A stretch of 63,297 nucleotides of DNA, filler included, from Rhabdomonas costata (GCA_019059605.1; 31 parts of 31 records of this genome joined end to end with filler, not necessarily neighbours in it), one strand, 5' to 3'. Shown: positions 47,084-59,416, counted from the whole stretch's first letter. Notes: generated by a model not told the origin, from the sequence alone. Numbers and translations: made by a program.

Positions 47084-48751
47084 GGTTTCCTCAGAGCCTG
47101 TTATTTTGAACGTGGACTATCCTCCTGATGTGGATGAAAGCCCGACGGGAAAGCAGGTCTGTTCTCTCGGAGACCTCGCCATTAAGAATATTTCCCCACT
47201 CTTGAATTCGTCTTGGTTCACTTCCTACTTTGGGTTGAAGGATCGGGTCTTGTTAGGAAACTTTAGCGAACAGGATGAGTGATCGCGACTCACATCGTCC
47301 GCAAGCAAAGAATACACAGCGCATGACAGTACGAAGTCATTTTGCAGGAACGGCACCGGGATGCGGCCCGCTGAAGTGTTGCGATCTCAAGTTTACGGAC
47401 AATGGACAATGGATCTCAAGTTATACGGACAGTGGACGGTCTCCCTTCACTCTTTTCTTCAGAAGGGTAAGAAGAAGACCAAGAAACCGAAGGCAGCATC
47501 GGGGACGTTGGAGAGCAGCACATCTGAGTCGAAGGGTGACCCAGCTGATCTGGAGGGTGGTCTCCCAGGCGCGGACTGTAGGAAAGAGGCAAAGAAGGAG
47601 AAGAAGGGTTCGAAGTCCAAAAGAGGACAGGACGGGGAGCTGCTGAATACCGCCGAGAAGGAGGCGCGAACAAAGGGAAAGAATGCGGAGAAGGACAAAG
47701 AGAAGGCGACGCCCGCTGAAGAGAAGGTCGTCGTTTCCGAGGGGACACACAAGTATGGACATGTGAAATGTGAGGCTGTCACATCTCTATGGCGCTTCTT
47801 TCAGCAAGTCTCTTGTGGGGAGGGATGCACCCATTTTGCGGACGCAAGGAAATCAAAAAGGAAAGCGTTTTGGAATCACAGAAGAGGACCACCTGATGAC
47901 CGGCTTGGGGGGAACTTGACCTCCCGCGCCACCACTCAAAATTCCGCATTCCTCATCCCAAAGATTATGATTATATACGAGAATATGGATGTTTCGGGTG
48001 TCAGCGAAGATCGATATGAATGCTCCATGTAAGTGAGGGGGCTGTTAAGTTGTTAAGCCTGACTATGGTTTTGATAGGTTGCTTCCTCGCCTGTCTGAAT
48101 CCAGGCACTTTTCTGCCAAATATATCTCGAGATATACCCCCACAACACCGCCATGTCTCCAGGGCAAAGCTTCCAGGAATTTTTCTTTGTTCAGGGAGCG
48201 ACTTGGAAGTAAACGCAAGCACTCTGAAGTTTGCCCAGCACCATCACCTTCTGCTGCCGTGGAGAAGAATCCAGCTGCTCCGGGCATCACAGAGACGGCG
48301 AAGGTCTGTGCCCACGACAGAAAGGCACCACGGCTTGGCTCACTTTTGTTGGGGTATCGCTGTTTCTTGAAAATGGTTGGAGTAAAAGACAACGGAAGTC
48401 AGCTGTTGTTTTGATTGCGAGTTTGGTTGGTACGTTAGGTGGGAGAGCAATATCAAGCTGCCTGGGGAATGTTAATCGAGATAGTAATTGGCGAGAGGGC
48501 TAAGCCGAAGCAGGCCTGGGGTCTTTTGTATATACAGCAGGCATCCCGAAACGCTGCGTGGCCGGTCCTTGGGGTCTGGGGAATCTTCACTTCGTTTATG
48601 GGACAATCACTTTTGATCAAGAGTTCCTTTACCCTGTGGAGTTCTAACACTCTCCGGTGACTCTGTCTTGCTTTTTTCAGACTAGCACGCCCGAAAAGAG
48701 AAAGCGCTCAACGGTCGACCACTCCTTGGAGCTGCAGCAGGATCAGGACAG
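47084..48751 (+). CDS. Lys/Glu-rich low-complexity protein, partial (4 exons)
   Basis: Exons 47084-47156, 47463-47752, 48195-48303 and 48681-48751 splice in phase; NLS-like KKKTKK and KRKH. Confidence 0.65.
47383..47437 (+). repeat. Imperfect ~27-nt tandem repeat in an intron
   Basis: GATCTCAAGTTTACGGACAATGGAC and GATCTCAAGTTATACGGACAGTGGAC. Confidence 0.8.
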
Positions 48752-49218
48752 GCATATTCCCTTCCCTTCCCTCACGTTTTCCTTCGAGCGCAATACCTCC
48801 AGTAAGGGCTGGGAGTGTTTGCTTTACTTGTAAGCAACCTCTGTTGTGGGCCAAAAATGCGCGGAGGGAAGAAGTGGAAGAAACTGGGAAAACAGAACGA
48901 TAGTAGTCTGATATCGACAATGGGAAAATTGCTTCTCGGCGTTTCGGGAGACCATTTGGAGATATATACCGCTTCACTTCGAATCAGAACTGTGAGAAAC
49001 CAACCAACANNNNNNNNNNNNNNNNNNNNNNNNNNNNNNNNNNNNNNNNNNNNTTAATTAATTAANNNNNNNNNNNNNNNNNNNNNNNNNNNNNNNNNNN
49101 NNNNNNNNNGGTGGTGTGGGAGAATGAACGAGCAAATGCAAAAAGCAGGGACCCGAAAGAAAACGAGTCCCCAGGGGGACTCGCACGGAGATCCCCATAA
49201 TTATGTTGTGCGCCGCAG

Positions 49219-49521
49219 GGCCCTCGGGCACGATCTACATCCTGGTCAGCCGCACGGGGCGGCTCATCGCGCCCGTACTCCGTGAGGCTGAGGAAGAGGT
49301 GCTGATGCAGTGCGGGAACCAGTTCAGGGAAGGCCAGCGCGGGGAATCAAGACTCTGCTGGAGGAGGCAATGGGGTAGGACCTGAGGGACCTGGACGTAT
49401 TTCGATGGAGGAGGTGGAGATGGTGCTGTACCCGACGCTGCTGGGAGCGATGACCGCGGAGGAGCAGCGCCGCAACCCCAAGATCACGGAGCTGTGCAAT
49501 GAGGCGCACTACAAGTGTTGA
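49219..49521 (+). CDS. Hypothetical protein 3' end, interrupted by a nonconventional intron
   Basis: Exons 49219-49316 and 49399-49521 join to PSGTIYILVSRTGRLIAPVLREAEEEVLMQCG|ISMEEVEMVLYPTLLGAMTAEEQRRNPKITELCNEAHYKC*. Both halves are GC3-rich and lie in different frames. Confidence 0.7.
49317..49398 (+). other. Euglenid-type nonconventional (non-GT-AG) intron
   Basis: G|AACCAG...CTGGACGT|A: purine at +1, CAG at +4..+6, CTG at -8..-6, pyrimidine at -1 and complementary ends. Removing it restores the frame. Confidence 0.68.
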
Positions 49522-50224
49522 AGCAGCTATTTTGGAGGAAACGCACGACCTTTGTGCACCTGGCCGTTGGGTGCCGGAGAACGAGGCGGGGTGCAGCTGG
49601 GTGCTGCCGGTTGACGGCCGAGGGTCTAGGCTACCCTTGATGGGGTTGGCGCCGCCGCTTCGTTTTTCGCAAACGCAAACACATGATTCGACAAAATAAG
49701 TTCGCAACCCCCATTCCCATTCATTCACCTTGTTCTTTCCGCTTTGGTCGCCGTAATCACCTTCCCAGTCGCTGTAGTCCGGGCCTTCGCTCTGCCGGTT
49801 CCCTTTGCTCCCCTTGGGTGTGGGTTTCTTCCACTCGGCACAGGAGTGCGGCTGAGGGCTGCCCGAGGGCCCCACCGCCGCGGTGACCTCCCAGCAAGCT
49901 GCAGCTCAACCTTGGCCAGCACACCGTCCAGGTCGTCCTCGTAGTGCTCCACTTCCATTCTTCTCCAAAGAGTGTGAGAAAAAGAGGGAAAGAAAAAAAA
50001 GCAGAAGGATTGGGACAGCACTATCACACAAGCAGAGGCCAGCAACAAAAGGCAGGGCCTGCCAGTTTCGACCTTGCACATCTTGGAGGTACACTCCCCT
50101 TTATACCCTCTTTCATGCGAAAAACTTTGAATTTGCAAAGCCACAGTAGAGAGGTAAGGTACCTAGCGGCGCAGGAGCAGCTTTCACCACCCCAGCAAGC
50201 GAGGGCTTGTCGAGGCACGTCCAC

Positions 50225-50828
50225 CCGTTGCCCTGCTTCTTGGGACATAGCACACATTTTGACTTGCAGAACATCTGGCATAATGACTGCTCAGAACACC
50301 CAGAGCCTGTGTAGGGAGAGCCATACCAAAAAAATTCCAATACAAAAAGAATTGCTCTTGCCACAAGTGCATCCAAGGGAAGCACGTGCACTTGAGGCCC
50401 CTACAAACTGTAAACTTTCGGAAGGCAACACATTTCATTATGGCTTTTTTTTTTGACCAGATCAGCAATTCAAAGCAATTCTGCGCATACTCTTTTACGC
50501 AAATCCAGGCAAAAAGACCAAGAAGGCAACCACCCAATCATCCTTTCCTTTGGAAACCTAACCTCACCCCCACCCCCCCAATCGGCAATGTTTCGGGTGG
50601 GAGTGGGGAAGTATTGGAGGCCAAACCCACAATTCCGAATCCGGAAGGAGACGGGGGGGGGGATCCAATTCGCTTGAGAAGAAAAAAAAGCCAATTAACC
50701 CCATGAAGTGAGAACGAGCAAAAACAGGTGAGGGGGAAGGGGGGCCGGAGTAAGTTACCCTCAAGGAGATGGGCCTCCACTGTGGTCCCCAGCAGGAGCG
50801 CCACAAGCAACACACTCAGCACGCGCAT
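50225..50828 (-). CDS. Predicted secreted Cys-rich protein, N-terminal exons
   Basis: Exon 50828-50759 is a signal peptide (MRVLSVLLVALLLGTTVEA) ending |gtaact; in-phase exon 50306-50225 reads GSGCSEQSLCQMFCKSKCVLCPKKQGNG. Confidence 0.45.
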
Positions 50829-51732
50829 CCCTCGGATCGTCATTTTGCTTGCAGTTTGCGGGTTGTTGGAGAAAGGGCTGCACCGAAATGGAGGGACAGG
50901 GGGGTGAGGACGTATTCATGCATAAAAAAGATGAAATTGTGCCGAAATTATGTTCACGTGACCGGTCCGCACACGCTGGTAACCGTCCCCCACCCCCTCA
51001 TTCTTATGAATAAATAAACGTAAAAGAAAAAAAATCNNNNNNNNNNNNNNNNNNNNNNNNNNNNNNNNNNNNNNNNNNNNTTAATTAATTAANNNNNNNN
51101 NNNNNNNNNNNNNNNNNNNNNNNNNNNNNNNNNNNNGTTCCATTCTTTCGAAGTTACCTTTTCATTGCCCCAAAGCACCGAAGATCTCGTTCAAAGAGGC
51201 ACACAGCCACGAGAAAAATCATCTAACTATACTGCCCCGATCCAAGACAGTGGTTTAAAGGCCCCACAAATCCAATCAATGAGCTGCTGTTTGCAGTGCT
51301 GCCCGTCAACGCTTCAGGGAAGGAATAGAGCGGGACAAAGAGAAACCTCCATCGCAGTTCCCATTGTACGCAAAATAATTGGTGCCCATCATCCTTGGAG
51401 CAGGTCTGCGGGCATGGTCTGACGCCCATTCCAAGGCAAGGGGACAATTGCAAACTTAAGGGGTGAGTGAGGAGAAAACGTGAAAGGTCTTGCGGGGGGA
51501 TCACAACCCAAGACACAAGAAGCATTCAGGGGAGCCGCCAAGGCTCCAGGTGAGCACTTTCTGCTAAACCGCGGCAAGCGCGGAGGAGCAATGACAGAAC
51601 GAAACCCGAGGACAACCAACGGTGGGGATGTGGGGGATCATAAAAACCTATGGGGTGGAGGACATGTAACTTCAGAAAGGCGCACAGGCACCTTGTGGTG
51701 CAAAACGTGGGGAGAGGAAGGAGACAGGGTAC

Positions 51733-52675
51733 CTACGCCCACGAGGATCTGCAGCCACTTCAGTTGAGGCACCGCGGCAAGGGCCTCCACGATGGGATCG
51801 GCCACGTCCAGCTGGGTGTAGCTCACCATGCCACACAGGACCAGAGACACCGCTGCATCGGAATAGGGGAAGGGGCCAGTAACAACCCAGCCCGAATCGA
51901 AGTTATGCATGTGTAGGTGCACAGAAGTGCCTGCAGTTCCACGTTTTCTTTCTTCACCTGTTCCTTGCTGTGGCTCAGTTATCAGCAGTTATTCCGAACT
52001 CAGCTCTGTTCACTGGAACGGTTCCATGACCTTGACACAAGGGTGTATTCGTGCAGATGAGTGATGCAGACATGCGAGCGGAAGCGCGCAAAGGTGACCA
52101 GGGTGGAACACTTGCGGGTGGTATCGAATCCAAATAAGCCAGGTGGATTGGAGGTGGGGGTGTGCACGAACCCACATATAGAACGACAGCAATCCCCAGA
52201 GATGTCAGGATAGCCATGGGGACTGTCCTCTGTGGATTGTGCGCCTCTTGAGCCAGCTATCCAAAAATGCAGAAGAGAGAAACCGACAAAAGGAGAGAAG
52301 GAGCACGATTGTCACGGAAATAAAGAAGCGGAGGATCAGTGAAACCACTGATACCTCTGCAACCCAAAACATCACATCCACGCTTGGCATCCGCATCTAA
52401 GCGCGGAGCCTTCTTTCCCAGAGCCGTCTTTCCGAGACCGGCAACAGCTGCAGCTAACCCACGGCTCCCTGTCTTCGCCCCCCGGACGCTCAATGTTGCA
52501 AAAGGTACAGCAGTTACACAACTACTCCTCAGACAATCGTGCGGGGCAGGAGGTTGGGTGGAAGGTGGGGGCAGGGGGAATCGCACCGCACTGATCTGGT
52601 CAAAACCTCCGAAGGAGAAAAACACCACCCCCGCCCCACGAATGACACCCGTAGCGCCGAAGTGCCCAAACGAAC
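51733..52675 (-). CDS. APC-superfamily (cationic) amino acid permease, partial (3 exons)
   Basis: Exons 52675-52587, 52256-52172 and 51852-51733 give FGATGVIRGAGVVFFSFGGFDQISA|LAQEAHNPQRTVPMAILTSL...LYV|AVSLVLCGMVSYTQLDVADPI. Confidence 0.92.
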
Positions 52676-53472
52676 CTGCGCACACCCATGACATTTGACA
52701 TTCGTGTCTGGTGTCCGGATGTGGCACAGAAGGCACAAATGCGGTGCAAAGGGGCATGTGACACGGTGACATCAAGTGAGAAGGTGTGGTTGAATCATCC
52801 GGTGCACATTGGTGCTTCGGAAACCCGAGGCATGTGAAGAGTGAAGAGCCCCGAAAACGCACGCACGGACACACACACACACACACACCGCATCCACACG
52901 AAGCAGGATTCTGTGTAGTTCCCCACCCCTCTCTCGGAAAGTGTATAACGAGTGGCCAAGGATGTTACATTCCAATTGTATTGGTAGGAACTCCAGCCCG
53001 CGCAGTGCAAGCAACTACCTGTGGATGCGGGGATAAATGGGCTCAGATTCGACAGCTTTACATGCGCTGCGCCAACCCCCANNNNNNNNNNNNNNNNNNN
53101 NNNNNNNNNNNNNNNNNNNNNNNNNTTAATTAATTAANNNNNNNNNNNNNNNNNNNNNNNNNNNNNNNNNNNNNNNNNNNNGTGGGTTGGTAGGTAAGTG
53201 GGAAAGACCTCCTTGTGCTAGGCGCTGTGCCATGTGCTGTAGGGGGGATTGATAAAAACGTTGTGTCGATGATAATGGAAACTAGGGGGCGAGGTAGTTT
53301 TGGGTTTTCCATCGACCGGCGGTTGCGGTATATTGCTGGGGTCTGGAGGTGGACGCCCCCTCCTCCTCCAGTATATTTCGTACCAATTTGTACAACGGTA
53401 AGTATTTCAACCTGCCCCCTCCCCACTTCCAAGAAAGCACACTTGGGACCCGTAAGTGACTTTGGTGTGCAG

Positions 53473-54975
53473 GACCTGGGCCACAGCCCCTCCATCTCAG
53501 ACTCTGCCGTTGAGGTTCTTGCAGAGGTTACGGGGCAGCTCTACGACACCACAGGAGTGGCTGGCCCTCTGGAGTGGCGCCTGGAGCGGCTCGAGCACCC
53601 CCCGGTGGCGGGGGCGTTTCCAGAGTATGCTCGACCTCCCCCCCCCTCCTCCCTCTCCAGCCCTTCTCCATTGTTATTGGGGGTGAAGGGAGCATTTTGC
53701 TTAATGCTTGGAGGCTCAGTATATGCCGGGTCGGCTGGGCAAACCCACCCTTATGAATAAGCGTACAGTGACCCTGGCACTGCGCTGTGGGTGGGGTGAA
53801 ACGTTTAACGCAGTTAAATACAAAAAAATTGCTCATGATTTGTGATGTTAGTTTCCGAGCATGGGGTTAACTACATTGTGTCACATACTAAGCAGTTACT
53901 AAGGTTAGTATAAGTGTGTCCGTGGACTAGATGACGAAGTTAAGCAGTTTTTCTCCACCGTTTTCGACAGTATAGTTGCTCGCTTTTCTATAACTGGGAA
54001 ATTGTGGGCTGTAGTTGTATAGCAGTAAACACGGCAATAACTTCAGCTGCTGGAATTCCGGTGACCACTGCGGTGGTTGCGCGTTGAACGTTTTACGTTC
54101 GGCAACAGTATGCTCCTCAATTCTTAGTTTCCAATACCCGAAAGTTGAAGGGTGCTCTCTGTCTCCTTTCCAGGCCGCCTTCGAGCAGCTCCTTCGACCC
54201 TTGCGGGCTCCCCCTCTACCGAATTTTGCCGGACTACGAGGGGAGGCTAAGCCCCGAGGTGGCTATGCTGATCGTCGGGGATGGGGACTTCTCCTTCGGC
54301 GATGCCGTGGCACAGGTATTACAACGCTGTCCACCTCTATCTTATTTCTCGCCCTTGCCCCAAGATTTGTTTGGTGTGTTTTACAGCTGTTTAACTTGTT
54401 TCTCGACAACATGGTCCGAGTCGTATAAAAATTTGGAGGCGAAAAGATACCTCCCCTGTCCTGTCATGTCATATGTGAGAGGCAAAAAACTTCATTTAAT
54501 ACCTCCCCTGTATAGCCAGACAGCGTGAGGAGCTTCTGAATGCTCGTTTACAAACGTATAATATTTACAATCCTCAAACCCCCGTTGAGTCCAAAAAGCC
54601 CCTATCATTTTGGAAGCATTTTTTCACCTTCACTATGATTGCGGTCAATTTAACCGCCGAGCGCGAGAGAAAGATTTGCCACCAGCCAGCCATCTTCAAT
54701 TTCTCAAGAGGCCTTGCCTCTCGCATGCGTGGGGTTCTAGTTTCGTCTTTTTCGACTTCGGAATTCCGGCCGTGAATGGGGTGTTTCTGAGTGTGGTGAA
54801 CTCCAGTATGTTGTGGAATGGCGTGTGTGGGTGGGGGGAGGGGTTCGGCAGCTACGAGGCGGCTCTGGCCGCGGTCTGGTCGTGACCAGCAACGAAAGCC
54901 GTGACGAGCTTCTCTCCAAGAGATGTGGGTTCTGCGAGAGCCGCCTGAAGCTCCTCCGCTCCGGGGCCCTTCTGG
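53473..54975 (+). CDS. DUF2431/BMT5-like rRNA methyltransferase domain protein, partial (3 exons)
   Basis: Exons 53473-53624, 54174-54315 and 54852-54975. MLIVGDGDFSFGDAVA and LVVTSNESRDELLSK match the xLVGDGDFSF and LVATSxDS motifs. Confidence 0.72.
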
Positions 54976-55524
54976 GTTTGCTCCTGTTCCCGTACAATTC
55001 TTCGGATTTTCTGTGTATCTCCATGTTCACCTATATCCAACCACACGGAGCAACTTTTTTCTGTGCCATAGATCCACCCACGGGACCTGATATATATCGC
55101 CACCAGACATGTGAACCACCAAAAANNNNNNNNNNNNNNNNNNNNNNNNNNNNNNNNNNNNNNNNNNNNTTAATTAATTAANNNNNNNNNNNNNNNNNNN
55201 NNNNNNNNNNNNNNNNNNNNNNNNNGCAAAGCAAAAAAAAAAACGGCTTTCCGCCGGCTCTCCCCATTCCGCATCCAGTTGCTTTACTCTCGTGTTTGCT
55301 TCCTCATTCATTCTCTCCTTTGTTTTAACTCTGTAGCTTCATCGCGTCGCTTTCTTAGACGCGCGCCTGGCGACAGTGTGTTGGGGATAAACATTCAAGA
55401 GAAAGAAGAAAATAACGAAATCGCCCATAAAGGAAAGCACCAATAGCTGTGAACGATAAAAATAAGGGTGAGTCAAGCACGCCCCGCGAGGATGGGCCTC
55501 TCCGGAAAGGGAAGGTAAACACAC

Positions 55525-56079
55525 CGTGAGGAAGCCGCAAATCAGAGCAGGGTACATCACACTGGTCACGCAGATGATCAGCAGCATGGACATCACGAAG
55601 TTGAAGAAGCCGAAGCAGATCGTCATCACGGAGAACGCACGCACCACATTGAGCAGGGCCTTGCAGCCTCCCGTGTACCCATTGGCCGAGATGCAGTGGT
55701 GAGCCCAGCATGATGACCACAGACCCTCGTGAACCCCGGAGGTCGAGTCCACCCACCACCACCAGTCCGGGATCGACGTGCTGATGATGCTGATCACCCA
55801 CACCACGAACCAGAAGAACGCCGCCGCCGCCGAGATCCCCTTGCACATGTTGGGCCTCCGCAGAAGCTCCAAGTCGATCCCCGCGCACAGCCTCGCCAGA
55901 AGACCCGGCTTCGCCACAACGGCGGGCGCCGCACAGCACCCACCCATCCCGGCGCCCAGCATGGACGTCCCCAGGGGGTCGTACGCCACCCCGGTGCCCA
56001 TCCCCATCCCGCAGGGGTCGCATGCCACCGCTGGCGTGAACGGCTCAGCCCCCAACCCGGCCATGGTGCCACCGAGCAT
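55525..56079 (-). CDS. Claudin/PMP22/amastin-like tetraspan membrane protein, first exon
   Basis: TM1, then W...EGLWSSCWAHHC (W-GLW-C-C signature), VRAF, TM2 and TM3. Gly/Met/Ala-rich N-terminus with CDP/YDP repeats; donor |gtgtgt at 55524. Confidence 0.78.
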
Positions 56080-56292
56080 TGTGAATCGGAGGGTGGAGAT
56101 AGGGGTAGCTAGCGCTGTTGTGTAGCGAAGGGAGTATCGCAGGTCGTTTTTCGCGTTGGAATTCGCGAGGGATGTGCGCGCGATGCTCCTCGTTTCGTCC
56201 TCCGTTTTCAGTCACTAGCCACGAAACCGCCTCGCTAATCTCTGAATCGCCTGTGCGCCTGGAACTTGGTTCACTTCTTACTGTCCCTCTAG

Positions 56293-56652
56293 TGGAAGTG
56301 GCGGGAGCTCGCGACCCAGGTGCGTGACGTAATTAAATCCGCTTCGGCTGGGGGGGTCATCAAGGCTTTCCTTCGTGGAAGTGCAGTGGAACTGGATTCG
56401 TTGCCCGATAGGATGGGAGGCATCGGTGTTACGGACCGCAGTGATGCGCAGTCAGACTGTGCATCAGGGCCTTTTAAGCAGCACGCAGCGCGTGGCCTCC
56501 ACAGGGTTTTCCTCCAACGTTTCTGTCCTGAAGGTGGCGGGTTGATGTCCGCGATCGAGCATGATTTGCAAGAGCTGGCTGCTCCATTCAAGCAGACCTG
56601 GATTCTGGGTACGCTTGTCGATGCCCTTGTTGATGTCCAGTGCGACGATTGA
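56293..56652 (+). CDS. Possible exon of a hypothetical protein
   Basis: Open frame WKWRELATQVRDVIKSAS...LVDALVDVQCDD* after ctag|; no domain and no clear start. Confidence 0.25.
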   Translation, partial: WKWRELATQVRDVIKSASAGGVIKAFLRGSAVELDSLPDRMGGIGVTDRSDAQSDCASGPFKQHAARGLHRVFLQRFCPEGGGLMSAIEHDLQELAAPFKQTWILGTLVDALVDVQCDD

Positions 56653-57584
56653 CGCCTGGGCATGCCGAAATATGCATTTGTACAGTACCGTATTTATGCC
56701 TTCCAAGCCCCACCGTCAACAATGGACTTCCAGCATCTTCAAGCACATAACCATTTGGCGCCAAAAGCATTATTAGCCCTCTCATTATTAATACGTCGCA
56801 TTTGCCGGTTTGATGGTTTCTTCGTAATGGCTTTCTTCGTGCACCATTTTCCCTACTTTTAGCTTGCGGTGGTGTGGAACCCGCACGCGCTCTCCCTCAC
56901 CTGGTCACGGGCTGGGTCGGACACCCAATCGTAGTACAATAAAACAGATGTAGACAGCCGAAAATTCGGCAACAGAGCAACACAGACACAGACTCTACCA
57001 ACAAAGAGAACCTGGAATTAGGCCCATGGCGGGGCAATAAAACCCGGTGGAGGGTTCCGTAAGACAGCACACATTAACACTGCCCAATGAACGAACCGAA
57101 GGCAGCAAAGACGATCATCTTACCAGCCTCCAAAAACGCACTGGGCAGAAAAAAAAAAGACAACAACCCNNNNNNNNNNNNNNNNNNNNNNNNNNNNNNN
57201 NNNNNNNNNNNNNTTAATTAATTAANNNNNNNNNNNNNNNNNNNNNNNNNNNNNNNNNNNNNNNNNNNNTTTTGGTGGGAATGAGACCGCCGCATCTCCC
57301 ACTGCCGGGCACATTCCCTCTGTGCTGTCACCGATTTCTCCCACTGTCGGGACCGTTCCCTCTGTTCCACTTGCTACTTCGTCCGAAAGCCGTGGGCAGG
57401 CTGGCTACAACCCGCGATTGCAGCCTGAGGTTTCGCTTTGATGCCTTTTTGATGCTCCATTTTAACAAGGTTGCTTCGACGTGCGCATGTCCCACTTTCG
57501 TTTGTGTACGCCAACAGTTCATGGATCGAAATTACACACAAGAATGAAGCCGAAGAAGGTTTGGTGTCTTGCTGCCTACTAAAG

Positions 57585-58890
57585 GCCTCCCAGTGTCCTT
57601 CATGAGAGCGTCTGTGCATTGCTTCCGCCTGCCTACTCCTTCCGGGGCCGTCTCTTTGTGCAGACTCTGGCCCTCCCTCCGGAGAACCAGTGCCTGAGCT
57701 TCGTCGCTCAAGTGCCCTCCAACAATGGCCTGGGCCACAGCCACTCCGACCGCAACAACGGGCTCCTTTTGGCGCTGCGGTTCAATCGCTCCGCTCCGCT
57801 TTGCTACGCTTACATGCCCCTGGGTGTGTTTCGTAATCGACAGAAATCAGAAGTCACACGCACTTTTTGCACAAGACAGATGAGAGTCCGGTCCTGTATG
57901 TATATATGGGCATTTGGGGGCAGACCCGCGCAGGCGCGTTTTTGGTCGCCCGTTACCGATCATCAAGGGTTCCTACTGCCATCCCGACAGTGTCAAATAG
58001 CATCTGGGCGGGTGTGCTTTGGTCATGGTTTGGACGGTGTTGCGTGACGGAACCGAATCTGCTGAAACTATCGTGGTCCCAACCCTGCCTTTCTGTATTC
58101 GTGTTCGTGTTCCCTTAAGCTTTGATCTGTGTACTGCACTCTGTCTTTGTGCCGGGCGGGCAAAGGGGAAAGCCATCACAAGTCGGGAAAGCTGTTCGAG
58201 CAGTTCTTCAACTTCAGTAGCAGCTTTCCCGTCGCTCGAAACGGTCAACGTCTTCCCCCATCTCTGTCTATTTTGCTTCTTTGTGGTGGTTTTTCATCGT
58301 CACTTTGCGACCCCCACCACTACCACCCGCCCAGCGGTTGATTTGCAGCGACCTGCTCCTCACCCGTAAAATGGGGCAAAATGGGCGATTTGATGAACCA
58401 CAATGGTGGCTGGAAAACAGCGAGTAAGGTGCTTTTTTTTTCTGAATGTCTGGGCTGTGTCTCTAGGAACCCATGTTGTAGCGCATGTACCCCTCCCGGA
58501 CGGTTGGTATTCATGAGTTGCGCTGTTCCGCCGGGTTTTGTGGGGAAACAGTTGTTCGGGCTCGGCACCTGAAGAGGGTCACGCTGAAGGCCACGAAGAT
58601 GTCTCGAGCCCTCCAGGTTTTCCCGATAGCGTCTCTCTCTCTGGGGGGGGGCTCCCTCCCAGTCTTCTCCCCCGCCGTTCTGGTGCCTACCGGTCCTCAA
58701 GGATGTCCTGCAGGAAGTTCGAGTTCGATCGCAAGGCCGCATGCAGGACGCTGCCCTTCGCGAACTCACTTCCAGATTTCTCTCCAGGAGCCGTGTTCCC
58801 CCGACTCGGACTCCCCACCAGCTGTGCAGAAGACCCCGGCCGCCCCTGCACTATACGGCGCAGAAAACCAACCCTGAATTCTCGATGCAT
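57585..58890 (+). CDS. Hypothetical protein, partial (4 exons)
   Basis: Exons ~57585-57823, 58166-58243, 58552-58616 and 58702-~58890 splice in phase. NNGLGHSHSDRNNGLLLAL is loosely like glycosyltransferase GLG motifs. Confidence 0.5.
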
Positions 58891-59311
58891 CGTGTCCGTT
58901 TTTTTGTGTAGCTTGGGGTGACCAGGGGTTCAATCTCCGGATTGCGTGATGCAAATGTGGCTGGTGACGATCTCTCTGATTGCTTTCTGCCCTTGTTTTC
59001 TTCCCCCCGTGCACCGCTTTTTCCGTCACCCCGGGCAGGAGCTTCGCCGGGTCTTCCAACCAAACGTGCTGTACACCGTAACTTTGGAGGTGCGTTGCAA
59101 CACCTTGCTTCAGATTTTTTGGTGAGTTTTTTGCGGTAGTACGTTGTTTTATCCACTCACATTGGCGCATAACAGAACAACAACCCACCACCAAACACAC
59201 CACCACCCCCCNNNNNNNNNNNNNNNNNNNNNNNNNNNNNNNNNNNNNNNNNNNNTTAATTAATTAANNNNNNNNNNNNNNNNNNNNNNNNNNNNNNNNN
59301 NNNNNNNNNNN

Positions 59312-59416
59312 TGTGTGGTGGCCACTCCCACCCCCGCCCTGGCCTCGCTCGGGCTGCTCCGGGTTTGGGGCCTTAGAGGCGGAAGAGGAAGACGACGACT
59401 CATCGGCCTTTGACAT
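59312..59416 (-). CDS. Hypothetical protein N-terminus
   Basis: MSKADESSSSSSASKAPNPEQPERGQGGGG, with an upstream T-rich tract and AG. Confidence 0.4.

Noticed and set aside
54784-54794. TTTCTGAGTGT and GTGTCTATTTCTTTGCG (near 41428) as spliced-leader RNA genes
   Set aside because: Only short partial matches to the recalled Euglena SL, inside introns, with no full leader or Sm site.
58920-58942. tRNA T-arm-like GGTTCAATC (also GGTTCGA at 10738 and near 12040 on minus)
   Set aside because: No cloverleaf or correctly spaced D arm.
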